Source: Squalus acanthias
Taxonomy: Eukaryota
Length of the DNA: 64,000 nt
Assembly (NCBI GenBank): GCA_030390025.1
Contig: CM059432.1
Location: 57,414,001 to 57,478,000 of the forward strand
Reading direction: 5' to 3'
A model generated the notes under the pieces. That model worked only from the letters and a program-made list of their open reading frames with translations, ran no database searches and had not been told where the DNA came from. How positions within the stretch are numbered: position 1 is the first letter of the stretch; every line of letters begins with the position of its first letter. Made by a program: the position numbers and the translations under genes. Of this stretch, positions 25,116 to 37,060 are shown piece after piece.

Positions 25116-26489
25116 TTGATCTTCCTGCTTTACCGAATGTCAACCTTACCAGGTTCACATTATCCCGAAGTGTATCATGTTTTAGATTGTCAGTAGTACC
25201 AAAAAAAAGCTTAAGATGAGTAAACTAGAGAGGACCCCAGTGCTCAGCCCAGAAAGCTTTTATTTTAGTAGAATACCATAAAATGTAAGGTGCCCCATCT
25301 TCCATGCATTTTCAGCAAGTTGCCCTTAAGACAAGAACCCATTTTTATTTGTCTGGTCAGCATCAAATATGCTCAATATAGAATTTGTATCAGAATAAAT
25401 CATAGCCTAACAGCTTTGAAAGGGCAAATTTTGCAATTCTGGGAATGTTGCGCGTGAGCGCACTTATACAACTGGAGTGCTGATTCTGAATTTTGATAAT
25501 TTACGTGTGATCCCTGCTCTCCTTGGTGGTAATTTTGACTTTGGACAATCGTATAAAATGGACGATATCGATTTAGCCATCCGTTATAAATCTCTCAATT
25601 ATGATTTTCATTTCCATTGACTTCAGTAAGTTGAGTTTGCACAAGCAGTATAATAACATGGGCACCACTGAATTCAGAGCATGCAGCACTTAAAATGATG
25701 ATGCTTAAAATTAAAGAGATGAAACCACTTAAAGGTAAGTGTGCATATATAGAGGGATAAAAATATTGGAGCCTTTTTCAGGGTTCAAAAATGGTCACAG
25801 CAGTTTTGAGTCTTGGCAAAGGCTCTATGGAAGGAGGAGGATAATTGACCCATGAGGTTGAAAGGACAGATAAAGCAATGTAGAGACACGTGGAGTCTGT
25901 TGGCAAATGGTGGTGTGGTATTACTGTAAACATTACAAAACATAACCTCAACCGTGAAGTACTATACGGAAGGTGTTTTAAAAACACAAACTTACTGGAA
26001 AGAGTGCAAAAATGGCTATTCTTTTCCAAAGACTGAATAAAAATTTTAGAAATGTGAAATAGTGTCTTGCATAAAATATTGCATTAGAACGGTTCTTTAA
26101 TATAATTAAAAAAACTTTTCTAAAGGTTATTGAAAAGCTCCTTTGCTCATGGAACTCCCTTTTTCTCCTTCCAAATGGGCAACAAAGACAAACCGACACA
26201 AACCCCGTCTGAAATGTATCCGGTATATTTGGGGCGTTGTTGAGATTTCTACAGAAAATAGGCATAAGTGTTTCATCTCATGTAAATGAGAAGAGGGCAT
26301 AACAGCAGGGCAGAAAGGAATTGGTACAGGGCCTGCTCTCCCAATTTAGTGCTCTCTCTGTGCCAATGGCACACCTCTGTTCTGACACACAGGGCCGCTG
26401 ATGGTTCATGTGCGTTCCTCCATATGTTCTTATACACACTATTCAGCAGGTATGTATACAATATTCCTAGAGTAAAGAATTGATACAAA

Positions 26490-28445
26490 GGGGTAAAAAT
26501 TGGTCTACGCCCGTTTGCGGGCACTGAATCGGCACTGCTCACACAGCCCATGTCTTGACACATGGGCACTGTTTAGTAGTGAAGTTGGTCCCCATGCCTA
26601 ATTATCATTGAATACGTGGGCTCTCAGCGCTGCTTGTACTGTTTATTGGCAGCTTGCCTAATTGGAGGTCTGAAAATGACGTATCCATGACGCTATTTAA
26701 AGGCAGCCTGCATCTCTTAAGGGGTGAATACTGCTGAACACTGGAATCTGCTGTGGATACGTCAGCCATGCCTTATACAGCTTCTGGGAGGGCATGATTC
26801 TTAGATGCTGCACTGGGGGTCTTGGTGGAGGCTGGCCACAGGACTATTGAGGTGCTGTCGCTGCCGGGGGGTAGGGGGGTGGGGGCATGAAAAGTTTCCA
26901 GACAAGTGGCCAGGCAGCAGTGGCAGAGGAGGTCAATGACAGAAGCATTGCACCCAGGACATGGCTGCCATGCCACAAGAAATTCAATGACATCACCAGG
27001 GTTGCTAAGGTAGGACTCCTGACTCAGATCTCACACTACTCTCAGCTCTGCACCACCTGTAGCCCCACTACTCACAAGCCATCTCGCCCCTGCTTCCCTT
27101 CACTCTCCGACAATCACTGCACCACACTTCATTCCACCTCCTTCTGCTATTACTCACAGACCTGTTGCTCTCCTTACTTTTACTTCCTTCACTTTCCACA
27201 CCTCTGTCACATTTCACACAACACCCACACTATTCGACCATAAGATGTACATCCTCAAAACATCTCACTAGGCTACCACCTCTTTCTTGCAGGACAAATA
27301 GGCGCATAATACAAGGGAGCATGCACAGATAGGAGGAAGATGAGCCTAAATCCATGTCTTGTCCTCTTCCACTCAAGGAAGAGGTCCTGGACATTGTGGG
27401 TAGGGGGTGGGTGAGGCTCGCAGCCACTGGTGAGGCAGGATGACACATCCCACAGGGTTTTTGTGCATCTTACCCTCTTCCCATCGCACACCAATATCAC
27501 CCTACATACTCTGCATAACCAAGTGCAGCTGCTTTCAGCAGACATTCATCTCTCTCTCTGCCTACCCTTGATACTAACTGCCTTTCTCTTCTATTTCAGG
27601 TGCAGAAGCTGTACAGGACCCTAGGTGAGCAGAGAAAGAGGAGGGCGGCACAATAGAACCTCTCCTTGATTAATTACAGTCTGACAGTTCTGGCAGCTGG
27701 GACAATTGGTCTCTGCCTCTCTTCCTCATCTTCCTCATCACCTTCAGGCTCCTGCACTTCTTCCTCCCCGGTGGTTCCAAGGGTTGTCTCCTTCGGAGGG
27801 AAAAGCTATGGAGCATGCAGCAGAAGACCACGAATCTGGAGACTTGATCTAGCTGTATTGCAGAACTCCTCCCAAATGGCCGAGGCAGTGGAACCTCTGC
27901 TTGAGAAGACCGATGGCCTGCTCAATCAGAGTCCTGATGGATGCATGTCTCCAATTATAGCACTCCTCAGATTCTGTGCTCAGGTTCCTAATAGGAGTCA
28001 TGAACCCTGTGCTCAAGACATACCCCTGTCCTCTAGCAGCCAGCCTGACACCCTTGCGGGTGGAATAGAGAGGGTATTGAGGACTGGCACAGGATGAAGG
28101 TGGCATGAGTATTGCTAGGAAACTGGGCACAGACCGCCATGATGCACTGGCTGTCATCACACACCACCTGCACATTGTAGGAATGGAATCCCTATCTGTT
28201 GACATCCATGCCCAGGTATTGATGTGGAGCACGAAAGGCGATGTGGGTGGAGTCAATTATTCCTTGCACTTGTGGGAGCCAGCATTCTTGGTGATGCCCC
28301 TGGCTCTTGCATCCTGCCTCGCTTGGGGAATCAGGTGAAGCCATTCCTCCTGGAGTAAAGAGCCTTGGTGACATACTGAGTGATGTCACCTGTTGGAGCC
28401 TGGAATGACCCTGTAGCGTAGAAATTCAAGGCCACAGTAACCATG
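26490..28445. mobile_element. degenerate Harbinger: Myb/SANT gene (+, ~26770-27640) convergent with transposase (-, ~27690-28445)
   Basis: TIR-like start ggggtaaaaattgg; AEEVNDRSIAPRTWLPCHKKFNDITR; minus-strand VQGIIDSTHIAFRAP and RTLIEQAIGLLKQRFHCL. Confidence 0.82.
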
Positions 28446-29662
28446 GTAACGTTATGCATGATCTACGTTAGAAATCGGTATGTAGTGGACCTGTTATGTG
28501 CTGCTTGGGTTCCAATTGTTTCTTAAACTCAGTGAGCATCTGGTTATTGCAAATTTTTTTTAAATGAAAACATTTAAATGCAGCCCCAGGAGTTCTCCTT
28601 GGCTCATTTTCACTTATGCCAGGATGTGCCCCAACCCCAGTTGCAGATTTTTGCCTCTAAATATCAGAAAAAACTGGATGAGTTCGAATGAGCATATATT
28701 CTCTTTATCTTTAAATAAATCACTGATTTTGTGAGCTCCTACCTTCCTCCAACCCTGAAAGCAAGAGGTTTGATCAACAGTCACAGAATGGGACTCCCCA
28801 TAGAAGAGAATTCCCTGAGCCAGAAACATAAATCTTTAATAAGCAATCCAAAGCCAAAACATCGCTGTAGGCAAATGTATCAACTTCTTATCTGCCTTGT
28901 TCCCTGGCTTAAATACAAGGAATAACAGGGCTGATTATGTCATCGGCTGTGCCAGCAATTAGCTGAGTGTGGCACATACAGGCAGGTGAGCAGACATTAC
29001 GCTCAAACAGAAAACATGCAGTTGTTGAAAGACAGAAAAGCCTGGATTTTCCAGTCAGGGCTACTCAATATAGAAAAGACAGACTCTGGGCTTCGCCAGG
29101 CTTGCAGGCTTCCTCCAGGTGCAGGGCATTATGGACTCCACACACACACCGCTTTGTGTGCTCCAACACAAGGGGGGAGAAATTTGGTACATTAGCGCCT
29201 CTAGTTAGCGCCTGGCGGGGGTGCTAATGGAGTGCTGAGGCAGTAGCGCTGCGGCAAGGAGAAGCCAGCGACACATGCCAAATCCGGCCCCACCACAGCG
29301 CAGCTGCTACGAGTTAGTGCCGGGGACTTCAGCGCCAGGCAGATCGTGACGTCATTCGCTGGATGCCCAATCTGCAAAATTCATTGTTGCCCCCTGCCTT
29401 AGCGCCTCGCCCCGACAGCGACAGGGAGAGGAGGCGTGAAGCAGTCAGTAGCCGGCTTCAGGGGCGCTACTTAAAGGGATCATGAGTAATGAGTTGCAGC
29501 TCTCAGGTTAGTGCTGTTTCACTGCTTCCTTGTCAGTTTCACATTGTGCAACAGTTTAATTCAGTCATTTAAAGGTTGATTAGTCTCCGGAGCATTGTGG
29601 CTACTAAAAATTAGTTACATTTATTCTGACAACATATCAAAGTACTACACTTGGTTACATTA

Positions 29663-30847
29663 ATGGGGGCTGTACTGGCAGTCGACCTTGCCCTCCAGGA
29701 TCTATAGCAGAGGGAGCGTAGGCAGCGAGAAAGATTGGAACATGTGCCCAGAGGGAGGAGGAGGGCCATGAGGTCTCTCAACAGGAAGCCTTACTCTCCG
29801 AGGTTATTCCGACAGCACTTCTCCTACCTTCAATTAAACACGGAGCAGTGTATTAGAAGGCTCCGCTTCACCAAGGAGGTGGTCACAGAACTCTGCCGCC
29901 TCCTGCAACCAGACCTCGAGCCTCAGATCAGGACGAGGATGGCTCTCTCAGTGGCAGTCAAGGTCACCGTCGCCCTCAATTTCATCGCCAGCGGATCCTT
30001 CCAGTCTACAACAGGAGATATAGGTAACATCGCGCAGTTCACCATCCATCTCTGCACCCGGGAGGTCACAGAGGCTCTCTACAGTAGGAGAAGGGACTAC
30101 ATTTCCTTCCCCATCACTAGAGAGAAACAGGACGAACGTGGATGTGGCTTTGCCAGGATAGCGGGATTCCCCATGATGCAGGCCGCTATTGACTGCACCC
30201 ACGTGGCTTTGTGGGCACCGCATAACAATCCTGAGATCTTCCGTAACCGCAAAGCCTACCACTCACTTAATGTGCAGTTGGTGTGCGACCACATACAGTG
30301 AATCCTCAATGTCAATGCCCGCTATTCTGGCAGCAGCCACGATGCTTTCATGCTGCGCCAGACCGGTGTGCCAACACTCTTCCAGACACCACATCAAGCT
30401 CGTGGCTGGCTGGTTGGAGATGAGGGTTATCCGCTCTCTACCTGGCTCATGACTCCCCTCTGCAACCCCAACACTCCTGCCCGGCACTCACATAATGAGA
30501 GCCATGCCAACACCAGGAACATTATCGAGCAGACCATCGGGGTGCTCAAGCAACGGTTCCACTGCCTTGACCGCTTGAGAGGTGCCCACCAGTACTCAGC
30601 TGAGCGGGTGCCCCATTTCGTCATGGTGTGCTGCATGCTTCACAACTTGGCCATCATGAGGGCCCAGCCCTTGCCACCAGGGATTGCGGGACCACCTCAG
30701 GAGGAGGAAGAGGGAGAAGAGGAGGACGAGGAGGAAGAAGAGGAAGAGGAGGAGGAGGAGGAACAGGAGCGAGGGAGGAAGCAGCCACTCAATCAGACTT
30801 CCGGAAGGGCGGTCCGTGACCGCCTCATCAGACAGCGGTTCCAATAA
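29663..30847 (+). pseudogene. Harbinger (HARBI1-like) DDE transposase, single frame with two in-frame stops
   Basis: ATG at 29663, TAG at 29705, TGA at 30299. Motifs AIDCTHV, NRKAYHSLNVQLVCD, GSSHDAF, GDEGY, RNIIEQTIGVLKQRF, CCMLHN and an acidic tail. Confidence 0.92.
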
Positions 30848-31987
30848 ATTAAACCCCAGATCTCCGTTGCTCACCACATCCCCATCATTCCATCTCTGTC
30901 GCAGGCCATTTCACAGCGCAAAGCTGAAATGGGACACAAAATAATCCAAACTGAATTAATAAATTTATCAATAATCAGTTAACATATATTTACAACAGCA
31001 ATATTAACTATTCTCCCTTGTGCAATCCCTTAATGCCTGCCGTTACTGTGCCTTTGCCTACTCTAGTGCTCCTATGAAGTGTTGGCCCAGTGGCTGCAGC
31101 ACAGCCGGTGTAAGGCTGCTGAGTGTCCGTGCGGGAGACTTCAGATGGCGTTGCAGGCTGCCCTCCACCAGCTCTGGGCCTGGAAGGCCCGACTGTAGAC
31201 TACACCACCTCAGCATGGGCGGCAGCAGTCTGGGATGGCTGGATGACAGGCGGTGAAAAGGGCAATGGCCAGCGATGGGAGCAGGAATGCTGTCATCCTG
31301 AGAGAGGACAGCAGGTTCCTGCTCCACTGACCCACTGCCACTCCTCCGGGGCACACCTCAGCATCCCTAGCAATCTGTTGGAGCGAAGATTGCTGGCCTG
31401 CTGCAACACTGTGAAAGCCCAGGTCGACGGTGGTAGACCCAGCCATGATGACAGCAGTCAGAGCTTGTGTGGCATCAAGCTGAAACTGCATGAGAGCAGT
31501 CTGAGATTGGATGCCACCAAGCATAGACTGCTTTACAGCACTAAGAAACATAGAAACATAGAAGATAGGAGCAGGAGTAGGCCATTCGGCCCCTCGAGCC
31601 TGTTCCGCCATTTAATGAGATCATGGCTGATCATCCAAATTCGGTACCCTGTCCCTGCTTTCTCCCCATATCCCATGATCCCTTTAGCCTTAAGAAATAT
31701 ATCTAACTCCTTCTTGAATATATTTAATGAATTGGCCTCAACTGCCTTCTGTGGTAGAGAATTCCACAGGTTCACCACTCTCTGGGTGAAGAAATTCCTC
31801 CTCATCTCAGTCCTAAATGGCTTACCCCTTATCCTTAGACTGTGACCCCTGGTTGTGGACTCCCCCGCCATTGGGAACATCCTTCCTGCATCTAGTCTGT
31901 CTAGTCCTGTTAGAATTTTATAAGTTTCAATGAGATCCCCTCTCATTCTTCTAAACTCTAGCGAATATAAGCCTAATCGACCCAATC

Positions 31988-34900
31988 ACGAGCAAATTTG
32001 GCTAGGGTAAATAAAATCAGAGAGTTAAATGCGTGGCTCAAAGACTGGTGTGGGAGAAATGGGTTTTGCTTCCTGGGACACTGGCACCAGTACTGGGACA
32101 GGAGAGAGCTGTTCCGTTGGGACGGACTTCACTTGGCCAGTGCTGTGACTAGAGTCCTGGCGAATCGAATAACTAGGGCTGTAGAGAGGGCTTTAAACTA
32201 ATTAGTGGGGGGGAGGTTTCAAGAGAGCAAAAAATAAAAATGTCAGCGGAGAAGGCAATAGAGCAAAGTAGCAGTGGGGTAATTAAAAACCAGAGCATGT
32301 CAGGAAGGGACAGAATATATAAAGATAAAGGTAAAGTAGTAAAGGGAGTAAAAGCAGGAATAAATTGTCACAAAACATATTTAAAAGTTCTTTATCTGAA
32401 TGCACGCAGCATTCGTAACAAAATAGATGAGTTGACGGTACAAATAACTACGTATGGGTATGATCTTGTGGCCATTACAGAAACATGGCTGCAGGGTGAC
32501 AATGACTGGGAATTAAATATGCCAGGGTATTTAACAATCAGGAAGGACAGGCAGGAAGGAAGAGGAGGTTGTAAGGGTTTGTTGTGCCTGTCTCTCAGAG
32601 ACGGTGCTGGTGCGAGGTTAGGCCTTCGTTGCCTAATACTATTGCTTGCTCTGGTCTCCGGCCAGCCTTTTTGCAATAAGCACCTGTGAGTGGTTCGACC
32701 CACTCGCCCTTACAGTTCTAACACTGGACTTAGGTGCAGGGAGCAGTAATGTAGAGAAAACTCAAATAGACCCGGTTGAATAGTGCGAAATGGAAATCTT
32801 TATTGCATAGCGTCCAAAATCATGAAGTACATGTCATAGGCGCAAATTAATGAGAGTACAAGTATACATACATTCATAAAGCTTGGTCTATGGAAATGAA
32901 GAACGCACGGCACATCGTAAAAAGGGGAACACATTATACTTTAACCTTAATAACCACCCTTCCTTAACAATACCTACACTACGTCTAGATTTGTAGGATC
33001 GGGAAACATGCTCACCACTCGTGTTACTTCGGAGAATTTTAAAGTGAGGCACTCGGCTCGTTTCGCTGCAGCGCCTGACTGTCACGTGTTTGAAAGGGTC
33101 TCTGTACCCCACTTGTTTACTTTCGCTGCTGCGACAAGCAGGCCAGGCTCCCTGTTGTCATGAAGAACTCGACAGAACTCGGACACAGTTCAAAGAAGAG
33201 TCTTCCTGTGCTCGACACCGGTTGTCGGTAGACTTCAATGAAGAGTTCTTTATTTATATTTTCGGGCGCGGTCGGGGTTTACTGACCATGGCGGCACGTG
33301 AATTCTTCTTCTTTTCTTCTCGTCTCGTCTCTTCGGGCCTCCGGGTCCAAACACCGTTTACCGACCCTCGGGATGGTGCACCCGGTCACTTGCCCTTGTC
33401 GGGGCGGCTCGTTCCGATTGAGCTCCACCCAACATTCGAATAACCGACCAGTACGGCTAAAAGTCAAGAGTCAACAAAGTCCAGAGAAACACAGAAGGCT
33501 GCTCGTCCAGCAGAGCGATATCCAAGGATCAGAGCCAGCCGGGAGAATAAGAGTCGAATCAAGAGAATAAGAGTTCAGCCCGAGTCAAGAGACCGATGGA
33601 CATTTGTTCACTATAGTTATAGTGCTGTGTTCCCTTATCTCCCGCTCAAATCTTAATGTTTGTCCTTTGTGTAATATTGGCGCTCAAAACTCCCAGCATG
33701 GGGCGATTCTTCTCTTTAATGGGTTTCGGTAGCACCTGAAACTGGCCAACTACCCGTTAATGTTTTCCCCATTGTTGACCCAGCCAGGATTGTATGAATC
33801 ATCTCCCTGACTGGTTTTTGGGGGCCCCCGAATACTGACTTAATCACCCGTCAATGTCTCTCTCATTGTAGAGCCATGGGGGTATTTGTGTATTGATGTG
33901 TCTGGATGGGCCTTCGATTGCCCAGTACAATGGTCCTTACTTGTGCATGGAAAACGATTCCAGCACTTATATCTTTGCTATTGTCACAAATGCAAATGGG
34001 TTGCATCCTGTCTTTATCAGTGTTTATTGAGTATGATCCAATCTTATATTGAATGTTTATTCGACGCCATCTTGTCTGCCCACTGTATTTCTGGAAGCTT
34101 CTGCCACGATGTGCGGTGGCCATTTTACAGGCTTCTGTGTCCTTTATAATCATGACAGCATTTTGTTTAATAAAACTGATCAAACGAATCTGCTTCTCTT
34201 ATGTTATTTCGAATCGCGATAATTTTGAAACTTTACAAGGTGGGGTGGCTATGTTAATAAAGGAAGGAATCACTATATTACAGAGAAATGATATTGGGTC
34301 AAAGGATAAGGATAATGAAACAGTTTGGGTGGAGATAAGGAATAATAAGGGGAAAAAAACACTAGTGGGAGTAATATATAGGCCTCCTAATAGTTGCAAC
34401 TCTGCTGGAAGAAGTATTAATCAGGAAATAGTTGGGGCATGTAATAAGGGAACAGCTATAATTATGGGGGATTTTAACTATCATATTAACTGGACAAATC
34501 AAATTGGGCAGGGCAGCCTTGAGGAAGAGTTTATTGAGTGTATTAGGGATGCATTTTTTGAGCAGTATGTAACTGATCCTACAAGGGGGCAAGCAACCTT
34601 GGACCTGGTCCTGTGTAATGAGTCAGGATTAATTAATAATGTCCTAGTTAAGGATCCCCTTGGAATGAGTGACCATAACATGGTTGAATTCCATATCCAA
34701 TTAGAGGGTGAGAAGGTTGGTTCTCAAACAAGCGTGCTGAGCTTGAATAAAGGAGACTATGATGGTATGAGAGCAGAATTGATTAAAGTGGACTGGGAAA
34801 ATAGATTAAAGGGTAAGACAGTACATGAGCAGTGGTGTTCATTTAAGGAGTTATTTTACAACTTTCAAAAAATATATATTCCACTGAGGAAAAAAGGGTG

Positions 34901-37060
34901 TAAAAGAAATGACAGCCATCCGTGGCTAAGTAAAGAAATTAAGGATAGTATCCAACTAAAAACAAGGACATATAAGGTAGCCAAACTTAATGGGACGATA
35001 GAAGATTGGGAAGTCTTCAAAAGACAGCAAAAAGTAACTAAAGGATTGATTAAGAAAAGGAAGATAGATTATGAAAATAAATTAGCAAAAAATATAAAAA
35101 CAGATAGCAAGAGTTTCTATAGTTATATAAAAAGAAAAAGGGTGGCTAAGGCAAACGTAGGTCCCTTAGAGGATGAGACCGGGAAATTAATGGTGGGAAA
35201 CATGGAGATGGCAAAAATGCTGAACAAATATTTTGTTTCAGTCTTTACGGTAGAGGACACTAAGAATATCCCAACACTGGACAAACAGGGGGCTCTGGGG
35301 GGGAGGAGCTAAATACGATTAAAATCACTAAGGAATTGGTACTCAGTAAAATAATGGGACTCAAGGCGGATAAATCCCCTGGACCTGATGGCTTACATCC
35401 TAGGGTCTTGAGGGAAGTGGCAGTAGGGATTGTGGATGCTTTGGTAATAATTTTCCAAAATTCCCTGGACTCAGCAAAGGTCCCGGCAGATTGGAAAACT
35501 GCTAATGTAACACCCTTATTTAAAAAGGGTAGTAGGCAGAAGGCTGGAAAATATAGACCAGTTAGCCTAACATCTGTGGTGGGTAAAATTTTGGAGTCTA
35601 TTATTAAGGAGACAGTAACGGAACATTTAGATAAACATAATTTAATAGGACAAAGTCAGCATGGCTTTATGAAGGGGAAGTCATGTCTGACAAATTTGCT
35701 TGAGTTCTTTGAGGACATAACGTACAGGGTGGATAAAGGGGAACCAATGGACGTAGTGTATTTAGACTTCCAGAAGGCATTCAACAAGGTGCCACATAAA
35801 AGATTATTGCTCAAGATAAAAAATCACTGGATTGGGGGGAATATTTTGGCATGGGTGGAGGATTGGTTATCTAACAGGAAGCAGAGAGTTGGGATAAATG
35901 GTTCATTCTCAGACTGGCAACCAGTAGCCAGTGGTGTTCCGCAGGGGTCGGTGCTGGGTCCCCAACTCTTTGCAATCTATATTAACGATTTGGAGGAGGG
36001 GACCGAGTGTAACATATCAAAGTTTGCAGATGATACAAAGATGGGAGGGAAAGTAGAAAGTGAGGAGGACATAAAAAACCTACAAGGGGATATAGACAGG
36101 CTGGGTGAGTGGGCGGAGATTTGGCAGATGCAATACAATATTGGAAAATGTGAGGTTATGCACTTTGGCAGGAAAAATCAGAGAGCAAGTTATTATCTTA
36201 ATGGCGAGAAACTGGAAAGTACTGCAGTACAAAGGGATCTGGGGGTCCTAGTGCAAGAAAATCAAAAAGTTAGTATGCAGGTGCAGCAGGTGATCAAGAA
36301 GGCCAACGGAATGTTGGCTTTTATTGCGAGGGGGATAGATTATAAAAACAGGGAGGTATTGCTGCAGTTATATAAGGTATTGGTGAGACCGCGCCTGGAA
36401 TACTGCATACAGTTTTGGTGTCCATACTTAAGAAAAGACATACTTGCTCTCGAGGCAGTACAAAGAAGGTAAACTCGGTTAATCCCGGGGATGAGGGGGT
36501 GGACATATGAGGAGAGGTTGAGTAGATTGGGACTCTACTCATTGGAGTTCAGAAGAGTGAGAGGCGATCTTATTGAAACATATAAGATTGTGAAGGGGCT
36601 TGATCGGGTGGATGCGGTAAGGATGTTCCCAAGGATGGGTGAAACTAGAACTAGGGGGCAAAATCTTAGAATAAGGGGCTGCTCTTTCAAAACTGAGATG
36701 AGGAGAAACTTCTTCACTCAGAGGGTAGTAGGTCTGTGGAATTTGCTGCCCCAGGAAGCTGTGGAAGCTACATCATTAAATAAATTTAAAACAGAAATAG
36801 ACAGCTTCCTAGAAGTAAAGGGAATTAGGGGTTACGGGGAGCGGGCAGGAAATTGTACATGAGGCTGAGTTCAGATCGGTCGAGGCCCTGTGGGTGGCGT
36901 AGCGGGCCCAGGGGCTGAGTGGCCGGGTCCTGCTCCTACTTCTTGTGTTCTTTAGATTTGAGGTGAGGATCAGATCAGCCATGATCTTATTGAATGGCGG
37001 AGCAGGCTCGAAGGGCCGATTGGCCTACTCCTGCTCCTATTTCTTATGTTCTTATGTTCT
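31988..37060 (+). mobile_element. CR1 LINE with ORF1 esterase C-terminus and near-complete, disrupted ORF2 (APE plus RT)
   Basis: ORF 31998-32201 has ELNAWLKDWC..DGLHL (SGNH-type). ORF2 has LYLNARSIRNK, ITETWL, GDFN, SDHN and KFADD, with a frameshift near 35300 and a stop at 36470. TSD aatc. Confidence 0.95.
32570..34237. mobile_element. probable solo LTR (1668 bp)
   Basis: Starts TGTAAGGGTTT and ends AAACTTTACA (imperfect inverted termini), with 4-bp TSD AGGT. It interrupts CR1 APE at EGRGG|GVAMLIK and has no coding similarity. Confidence 0.8.

Noticed and set aside
30710..30765. (GAG/GAA)n tract as a separate repeat
   Set aside because: It is the acidic tail of the Harbinger transposase, also seen at ~51660-51725.
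29663..30847. Domesticated host HARBI1 gene
   Set aside because: It lies within TIRs and a TSD, has in-frame stops and has several decayed paralogs nearby.
34053..35312. 419-aa ORF with a novel hydrophobic N-terminus
   Set aside because: The first ~60 aa are read-through from the LTR-like insert into CR1 ORF2.
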